From sequence record SRR31156797_4649: DNA of 64,000 nucleotides, one strand, 5' to 3'. Under the pieces are notes generated by a model, which saw only the letters and a program-made list of their open reading frames with translations, had not been told where the DNA came from and did not search any database. Shown here one piece after another: positions 57,512 to 64,000 of this stretch. Made by a program: the position numbers and the translations under genes. How positions within the stretch are numbered: the first letter of the stretch is position 1; every line of letters begins with the position of its first letter.

Positions 57512-58621
57512 CTAAAAAAGTTCATAATGGCACAATTTACTTTCAATTGGACCATTGTATAAAATTGTACGTGAACTTGTCTTCAATCCTATATTTCTTA
57601 ATGCCATATCATTACCTGATACTATCCAGGCATCATAACCTTTAAATTGTTGCTTCAGGTGATCTCCGAAACGTCGATATAGCATTTTTATTTCATCTAT
57701 TTGTACACGTTTATCATAAGGTGGATTGGTAATAAGCAAGCCTTTTTCTTCTTCACCTTGAATTGATTCAAAATCACCTTTTTGTACTGATATATACTTT
57801 TGAAGAAATGCACTTTGAATATTCGCTTTGGCAAAACCAATTTGTTTTGGTGATATATCTACGCCTAAAATGGGCACTTCAATTTTACGCTGGTCATCCT
57901 CATCTCTTACTTCTTCCATTAGCTTTTTATCGTAATCTAACCAATGTTCAAATGAATAGTTTTCTCGGTATTCACCTGGACGAATATTCGCTGCTATAAG
58001 AGCCGCTTCAGTTAGTAAAGTTCCTGAACCGCAAAAGGGATCAACCAATTCAGTATCGCCTTTCCAACCTGTTTTCAAAATCATACCGGCTGCTAACACT
58101 TCGTTCAACGATGCTTTTCCGTGATGCACGCGATAACCTCTTTTGAATAAAGGCTCCCCACTGGAATTTAATGAAATAATAGCTTCATTGTCACTCAAGT
58201 GCACATCAATTTTAACTTGTGGATCTTCTTTTTCTACGTTGGGTCTGCGACCAGCCTTATCAGTAAAATAATCGGCAATAGCATCTTTTGTACGTAGTGC
58301 TAAGAAATGTGAATGATCGAAGATATCTGAACTTACAGTAGCATTTACAAGAATGGATTTTCGCACTTTGAAAAAAGAATCCCAGGGAATTTCTCTTGCC
58401 TGCTCGTAAAAATCATTCTGATTTTGAATGGTAAACTTTTGAATGGGGCGAAGTATATTCAATGCAGTTCTTAGTGCAATATTTGCCCTGTACATCATTT
58501 TCAGGTCACCTTCAAAAGAAACAGCCCTGTTTAGCTTCTGAATATTTTTTCCTCCAATCTGCTTAATCTCAGCAGCAAGCACATCCTCTAAACCATGAAA
58601 AGTTTTAGCCAAAAGTTCCAT
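57512..58621 (-). CDS. rlmL: THUMP-domain RNA m2G methyltransferase (RlmL/YpsC-like)
   Basis: KTFHGLE, THUMP domain, LFKRGYR, DPFCGSGT and TNPPY. Confidence 0.85.
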   Translation of the reverse strand: MELLAKTFHGLEDVLAAEIKQIGGKNIQKLNRAVSFEGDLKMMYRANIALRTALNILRPIQKFTIQNQNDFYEQAREIPWDSFFKVRKSILVNATVSSDIFDHSHFLALRTKDAIADYFTDKAGRRPNVEKEDPQVKIDVHLSDNEAIISLNSSGEPLFKRGYRVHHGKASLNEVLAAGMILKTGWKGDTELVDPFCGSGTLLTEAALIAANIRPGEYRENYSFEHWLDYDKKLMEEVRDEDDQRKIEVPILGVDISPKQIGFAKANIQSAFLQKYISVQKGDFESIQGEEEKGLLITNPPYDKRVQIDEIKMLYRRFGDHLKQQFKGYDAWIVSGNDMALRNIGLKTSSRTILYNGPIESKLCHYELF

Positions 58622-58645
58622 TATGTAAAATATTTATTTGATTCG

Positions 58646-58653
58646 CAAATGTA
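58646..58653 (-). promoter_or_regulatory. Putative -7 element for rlmL
   Basis: Minus strand TACATTTG(CG) 24 nt before the ATG. Confidence 0.55.
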
Positions 58654-58704
58654 ACAATTATGAATAATATCTAATATTAATGTTAACAAGCAATCAAAAT
58701 TGAA

Positions 58705-60195
58705 TCATTTTATCCTTTTAAATAGCAGAAAATCCTTATTATCAATTATTATTTCAAAATCCTTGCGGTTTCTAAGATTTTTTATTCTCCTAAAATATGA
58801 TTTCTTTTTCATGGGATAATAATTTGTTGAAGATGGCAGCAATGCAATATACTCTGCATCACGCACATACGGAAAAGTATAAATTTTATCCCTGAATGCC
58901 AAATGAGGCACCAAATTTAGATGTGCAACAACGATAGCATCTTCAGGGATAGAATCTAACAAACGATGAACCCTTTCAACATCAAAAGACTGTTCATAAT
59001 GTTTCTTCTTATAGATTTGTGTAGTCACTCCAGAATACCATTTAGACTTTCGTCGTTCCATGACGGTGAAACTAGTCAATAAGCTTATTATTGTAAATAT
59101 TATTATGAAAACTGATTTAAACTTCGAATTTTTATTCCAAGTCCAAATCCAAATAAATAGTGCAATTGTTAAAATAGCAGAAAACTCTATACTGTAATGC
59201 AGATTAATTCCCCATTTAACAAAACTATTGTGATATAACTTTTGAGCATAAATAGGCAGCAACATTATTAAAAACTGAGGTTTATATAACAAAGCAATAC
59301 CTCCTGATAATAAAACTATATAGTGAAGCTCTGTTTTTATTCCATCGAAATATGCCTTACCTGGATTTTCAAATAGCATAGAGAATAAATATTTCGGATG
59401 TTCAAATATATTGCTTAAAACTTCACCTGGGGTTTCACCCAAAACTTCATATTTAAGATGTCCATAACTTTTCCCCGTATTTGATAAAGCTGGCATTACA
59501 ACCCCCATAACAAGAATAAAATATGCAATACTTACAGTTGCCCCCCCTATAGCAAAGCGCCTGGATGGTATATCTTTATATCTGAAAATTAGCAAGCCTA
59601 AAAAAACAAATGCTAACCACATTGCCATATTCTCTTTTGAAATAAGCACCAATAATGAAAATATTATGGTATTGCGCCATTGTTTGCGGTAAAATGAGTA
59701 TAAAATCCATGGAACAAACATTGCTCCCACAACATTATCGTGATAATCAAAACTCAAAGCGGAAAATATTGCGAAGCTGCTAAGAAAATGAATCAAAGCT
59801 ATATTGGCAATCCACTTTTTATTAGTCAAGTAATATACAAATCTGTATGCACCTAATCCCCCAAAAAGTATTGATAAAACCTGTATAATTAAAAGTGTAT
59901 AAGTACCGAACAAATAACGCAAAGGAGCGAAAAACATGAGTAAAAGAGAGAAATGATCACTTAACAAATTGTCAAACTCTCTATGCATTACCGGATTATC
60001 GTTTATTTGAAATTTAGAGTAATCATAAATTGTATTATTGTATATTCCCAGATCAAATGCATTGGTTCTAAAGTTATAATGGTTAACAAATGTAATTAGA
60101 GAATAAATGGTGGCAAATATCAAAAGGATTAAAACTGTCCAACCATAGTTTCTAGCGAAAATTTTCAATGCAGATTTTAAGTCACTTAGCCTCAT
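58705..60195 (-). CDS. DUF2079-type polytopic membrane protein; probable GT-C glycosyltransferase
   Basis: FDLGIY in the first loop, DHFS, FDYH, SKE and HYS; about 10-11 TM helices. Confidence 0.75.
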   Translation of the reverse strand: MRLSDLKSALKIFARNYGWTVLILLIFATIYSLITFVNHYNFRTNAFDLGIYNNTIYDYSKFQINDNPVMHREFDNLLSDHFSLLLMFFAPLRYLFGTYTLLIIQVLSILFGGLGAYRFVYYLTNKKWIANIALIHFLSSFAIFSALSFDYHDNVVGAMFVPWILYSFYRKQWRNTIIFSLLVLISKENMAMWLAFVFLGLLIFRYKDIPSRRFAIGGATVSIAYFILVMGVVMPALSNTGKSYGHLKYEVLGETPGEVLSNIFEHPKYLFSMLFENPGKAYFDGIKTELHYIVLLSGGIALLYKPQFLIMLLPIYAQKLYHNSFVKWGINLHYSIEFSAILTIALFIWIWTWNKNSKFKSVFIIIFTIISLLTSFTVMERRKSKWYSGVTTQIYKKKHYEQSFDVERVHRLLDSIPEDAIVVAHLNLVPHLAFRDKIYTFPYVRDAEYIALLPSSTNYYPMKKKSYFRRIKNLRNRKDFEIIIDNKDFLLFKRIK

Positions 60196-60196
60196 A

Positions 60197-61147
60197 TTAT
60201 TTTTGATTCTTCTTTTTCCTTATAATAAAACCAGGTCTGTCTTTAACTTCTTCATATATTCTCCATATATACTCAGCAATAATTCCTAAAGAGAACAAAA
60301 TTAAACCACTAAAAAAAGAAATAAAAATTACTGTAGTTGCCCAACCAGGAACAGATATTCCAAGTAATGATGAATTTCCAAACAACTTAGCAATTACAGT
60401 AAATATAATTAAGCCAAATGAGAATATGGAGGTTATAATTCCTAGCCAGGTAATTAACCGAATCGGAAAGTTTGAAGAGGTATAAAAAGCGTCAGCAGCT
60501 GCCTTTAATTTCTTCTTGAATGTCCACCTTGACTTACTTTTTACTTTAGGTCTAACATAGGGTATAAAAACCGGATCAAAGCCTAAACGTAATACTTCTA
60601 CTGTTGTGGAAGTATTAATTGGATGAATCTTTGTATTTAAAATGTCAATTATCTCACGATCGGCAAGAAAAACATCAAATCCTCCAGGTGGGAACTTTAC
60701 ATGTGAGAAAGAGTTCATTAACCTATAATACCCCTTAGCAAACCGATCTTTTAACCACCCATCGTTTCTACTAGTACGATAGGGAATTACTAGTTTATTT
60801 CCTTTTTCCCACTGCCTGTACATCATCACATATGTATCTAAAGGTTGCTGCATATCATCAGGAATAGATGTCACACAATCTCCTTTACTTACGGAGAATC
60901 CAGCAAACTTTGCATAATGACTTGTGTAATTTTTACTTAACTGATATGCTTGCACCCTGTCATCTTCAGCTTCAAGCTCCAGAGCCACTTTATAGGAATC
61001 ATCTTTTGAGCCATCATCCATCACTATAAACTCAAAAGGAATATTTTCCTTTTCCATTACAGCCGCAACACGCTCAAAAACTCGCTTAATGCTATTCTGA
61101 CTGTAGTATGAAAGTAAAATGATTGAATATAATTTAGATTGACTCAT
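60197..61147 (-). CDS. GT2 polyprenyl-phosphate glycosyltransferase (GtrB-like)
   Basis: MDDGSKD, LSKNY, PDDMQQP, KSRWT, two C-terminal TM helices and EYIWRIYEEVKDRP. Start set at MSQSK (61147). Confidence 0.85.
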   Translation of the reverse strand: MSQSKLYSIILLSYYSQNSIKRVFERVAAVMEKENIPFEFIVMDDGSKDDSYKVALELEAEDDRVQAYQLSKNYTSHYAKFAGFSVSKGDCVTSIPDDMQQPLDTYVMMYRQWEKGNKLVIPYRTSRNDGWLKDRFAKGYYRLMNSFSHVKFPPGGFDVFLADREIIDILNTKIHPINTSTTVEVLRLGFDPVFIPYVRPKVKSKSRWTFKKKLKAAADAFYTSSNFPIRLITWLGIITSIFSFGLIIFTVIAKLFGNSSLLGISVPGWATTVIFISFFSGLILFSLGIIAEYIWRIYEEVKDRPGFIIRKKKNQK

Positions 61148-62192
61148 GAACTTTAGTGTTTTCCTCTTTTCTATTTTGCGTATCTCTTCCAAAATTTTCG
61201 GCTAAAATAATAAATCCCCCAAGACTATTATTGATTATTAGATAAATAAAAGATGTAACTGCTACAAGTAACGATATCTCTTCACTTACACCAAAAGAAC
61301 CGTAAAGCACAACATAAGCTGTTTCCCGCAAGCCAATACCTCCAAATGAAACAGGAAGCAGGAAAAGCAAATTCATAACAGGCACAAGAAATAGATTAAT
61401 AATAAAAGGCATATTAATGCCAAAAGCTAAAAATGCAAGATTAACGAAAAAAGCTCCTATAATTTGAATAATTACTGAGATTAAAAAAGAAATTGCCACA
61501 ACCCTGAAATTTAGCAACGGAGCAAATATTTCTCCGGACAACACTTTAGCATTATCGTTTTTTGAAACCCGTTTTACAGTTCTCGTTAATGCTTTATCAA
61601 GTATCGTTTTTAACAATTTTAATAGTTTTCTTATTCTAGATTGACGATTAGTAAATACAAAAAGAAGTACAATAAAAATAATTAAGGCTAATGCGATAAG
61701 AAAGCTGAATTCAACCACCTTTGTAACTTCTGTAGGTAAATTTGTTTTAACAAACGGATAGGTTAATATAATTATCAGACTAAATGCTAAAATGCCCATT
61801 ATCTTTTCAATAAACACAAATCCCGTTTGCATTTCATATGAACCATAGACTTTCCCAGTTTTAAAAATGCGATAAATATCTACACCCAGTGCACCAGGTA
61901 CAAAATACCCTAAGAAAAGCCCTTTATAAACAGTTTTATATAAATAAAGAAAATTAATGTTTTTAATTTTTTTGGATGTCAAAATACTAGTCATTACTTG
62001 CCATCGAATAGCAAAAAGAAAATACTTTACAGGGTTATTCAATAAAAAGATAAGCACCAAAAACAGGGAAGCCTCCTTCAATATTCCAGGTAATGTTGAA
62101 TAGTCAATCCTCGAAAAAATATAACCGAGAAGTGCTATGGGCAGCAAATACCGTAAACTAAACCTCAATATTTTACGTATTAATTTGGTCAT
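61134..62192 (-). CDS. Lysylphosphatidylglycerol-synthase TM (UPF0104) flippase-like protein
   Basis: RWQ, PGALGVD, EK and LPVSFGGIGLRE; about 8 TM helices. Confidence 0.82.
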   Translation of the reverse strand: MTKLIRKILRFSLRYLLPIALLGYIFSRIDYSTLPGILKEASLFLVLIFLLNNPVKYFLFAIRWQVMTSILTSKKIKNINFLYLYKTVYKGLFLGYFVPGALGVDIYRIFKTGKVYGSYEMQTGFVFIEKIMGILAFSLIIILTYPFVKTNLPTEVTKVVEFSFLIALALIIFIVLLFVFTNRQSRIRKLLKLLKTILDKALTRTVKRVSKNDNAKVLSGEIFAPLLNFRVVAISFLISVIIQIIGAFFVNLAFLAFGINMPFIINLFLVPVMNLLFLLPVSFGGIGLRETAYVVLYGSFGVSEEISLLVAVTSFIYLIINNSLGGFIILAENFGRDTQNRKEENTKVHESI

Positions 62193-63451
62193 TACTTTTC
62201 AACTTCAATGTTTTTAAATTTACCTGATTTATTATTGATGGGCAACTCATCCAGAAATTCAACCAGTGGAGGTTCAGCATTAAAATGACTTTTCCAAATT
62301 CCAATTATTTTTGATTTAACCTGCTCCTCAACAAAACCTTCTTTGAGTATTGCCTGAAAAAATATTTGCCCGGTTTTCTTTTGCAAAAGTCGGAATTGCC
62401 TACATTCGGTAAAATCTCTATACACACTCCAAACTTGTTGGCGATATAGTTTCTCACCAGATTTTAACTGTATTACATCTTCTACACGCCCAATAATACG
62501 GCCCATTTTATTGTAGTTTTTGTCAAGGATTTTCACATGGTCACCGATCTTGTATCGTATAAAAGGCATGGTTTTGTTTACCAGATTAGTAATAACAAGC
62601 TCGCCAAACAATTCACCATCTATTTCTATTGGGTTTACATATTCCAAAATGATTGAATTCAAAGGATAGTTATATTTTTGCGCTCCGGGATTTGTCCAGG
62701 CCAGAGTTGGATGTTCCATACATCCATAAACATCAATTATTTGAGCTTGCAACCTTGATTCAATGCCATTACGTACGTCCTGAAAAAGTGTTTCCCCAAA
62801 AAGTACTACGTATTTCACATTCAGCTTCATGTTTCGCCTATACAATTCATCTGTCAAAATTTTCAGATAACTTGGAGTAGACGAAAGGATGTAAATTTTA
62901 CGGCCTTGAAGCTTTTCAATTATTTCATCAGTTTGTGTAAATACAGTATAAGCCTCACGGCGGAACAAACCAAGGTATTTTTGCGCATAGTGCATAAATG
63001 ATTTTCTTTCAATTTGTTCTTTTTGATGAAAAACACCTATAAGTAGGAATCTCTTAAACGGGTTGTATTTTTTTAAAGAAAAAAAAGTACGAAAATAACT
63101 TGTAAAATACTCCTTCTTATTCAAATAGGTATCAAACGGCTTTCCTGTGGAACCACTCGTTGATCGCTTAATTAACTTTGTAAAATCCGGGCGTGTAATA
63201 ATTTGCTCAGGTGTATAATTCCGCATATCATCTTTTGAGATAACAGGCAGTTTTTTCAAATCATCAATGGAATGAATATGCAAATCATCTGCCGGGACAT
63301 TTTTGTATATTTCCCTGTAAAAATGGGATTTGGTTAACGCCCTGTTCAATAGCTTATTAAATTTCTTAACCTGAATTTTCTGAACCCGTTTTACAGGCAA
63401 AACCTTTGTAAAATAGTATTCAAGTGTATATCGAAGTAAATAAAATATCAT
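62192..63451 (-). CDS. Phenylacetate-CoA ligase/CapK-like adenylate-forming protein
   Basis: LPVISK, STSGSTGKP, YGCME, PFIRYKIGD, GRVED and SGKFK. Confidence 0.85.
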   Translation of the reverse strand: MIFYLLRYTLEYYFTKVLPVKRVQKIQVKKFNKLLNRALTKSHFYREIYKNVPADDLHIHSIDDLKKLPVISKDDMRNYTPEQIITRPDFTKLIKRSTSGSTGKPFDTYLNKKEYFTSYFRTFFSLKKYNPFKRFLLIGVFHQKEQIERKSFMHYAQKYLGLFRREAYTVFTQTDEIIEKLQGRKIYILSSTPSYLKILTDELYRRNMKLNVKYVVLFGETLFQDVRNGIESRLQAQIIDVYGCMEHPTLAWTNPGAQKYNYPLNSIILEYVNPIEIDGELFGELVITNLVNKTMPFIRYKIGDHVKILDKNYNKMGRIIGRVEDVIQLKSGEKLYRQQVWSVYRDFTECRQFRLLQKKTGQIFFQAILKEGFVEEQVKSKIIGIWKSHFNAEPPLVEFLDELPINNKSGKFKNIEVEK

Positions 63452-63468
63452 TTCTTTTCAAGGGTATA

Positions 63469-64000
63469 TTAAATTTCAGCGCTATTTACAATTTTGATAA
63501 TCTTTGAGGTCTCCTCATTGCTTTGGACCGGGCTCATTGGCAAACTTAGAACCTCATTGTGAATTTTTTCTGTAATTGGAAATTCCATATTACTCCATTC
63601 CTTATAAGCCTCTTGCTTATGAGGTGGAATTGGATAATGGATAAGTGTTTGTACGCCTTTTTGTTTGAGAGACTCAATCAACTTTTCCCTTTTCGCATGG
63701 CGAATAGCAAAAATATGCCATACATGTTCTTTATAATCATAAGTCTCATTCATTTCGGGCAAAAAAATCTCTGGATGATTAATTTCTTGTATATATCTCT
63801 TAGCAATTTCTCTTCTAATGGCATTTTCACGGTCTATATACTTGATTTTCACAGATAAAAAAGCTGCTTGTATCTCATCCATTCGGCTGTTCAATCCTTT
63901 GTACTTGTTCACGTATTTTTTATGTGATCCGTAATTGGAAATAGCCCTAATCGCTTTTTCGTGATCTTTGGATTTGGTTGTTACTGCACCGGCATCTCCT
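63469..64000 (-). CDS. DegT/DnrJ/EryC1/StrS sugar aminotransferase (FdtB-like); 3' part only
   Basis: The frame is open to the window edge: GDAGAVTT...[25 protein letters not shown]...HVWHIF...IHYPIPPH...SLPM. Confidence 0.9.
   Translation of the reverse strand, partial: GDAGAVTTKSKDHEKAIRAISNYGSHKKYVNKYKGLNSRMDEIQAAFLSVKIKYIDRENAIRREIAKRYIQEINHPEIFLPEMNETYDYKEHVWHIFAIRHAKREKLIESLKQKGVQTLIHYPIPPHKQEAYKEWSNMEFPITEKIHNEVLSLPMSPVQSNEETSKIIKIVNSAEI

Noticed and set aside
1243-63858. The many 60-125-aa ORFs overlapping long genes on the opposite strand or in another frame
   Set aside because: They lack motifs and lie inside well-supported CDSs; treated as shadow ORFs.

Overview
A 64-kb, AT-rich, gene-dense stretch of a Bacteroidota chromosome, probably Bacteroidales/Marinilabiliales-like. 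The assignment rests on TAnnTTTG promoters, Gln-at-+1 signal peptides, a T9SS C-terminal domain and the parA-parB-DUF5683-mltD gene order. The window is mostly housekeeping: partial hutU, a Pif1-like helicase, a porin plus ProVWX osmoprotectant uptake, a PorE-like OmpA protein, an AmgK-RapZ fusion with MurU, a fused E1 2-oxoacid dehydrogenase, thiF/thiS, ftsB, ompH, cstA, a CheB-CheR fusion with a PAS kinase, ppx/ntrX/siaC/Mesh1, peptidoglycan O-acetylation genes, parAB, rlmL and the end of a glycan cluster. I found no rRNA, tRNA, CRISPR array, integrase or transposase. The standout locus is 30573-36874. Two paralogous, Sec-exported, phage-tail-fibre-like proteins flank a tiny T9SS-CTD protein. 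The fibres share an N-terminal module and an invariant 16-aa repeat (KGVKGGFAVGGLSGTK, 7 copies), but carry different repeat shafts and different S74 self-cleaving chaperones. This may be a modular surface-fibre system that uses a separate T9SS adaptor. All calls come from motif recognition by eye; no database searches were run.
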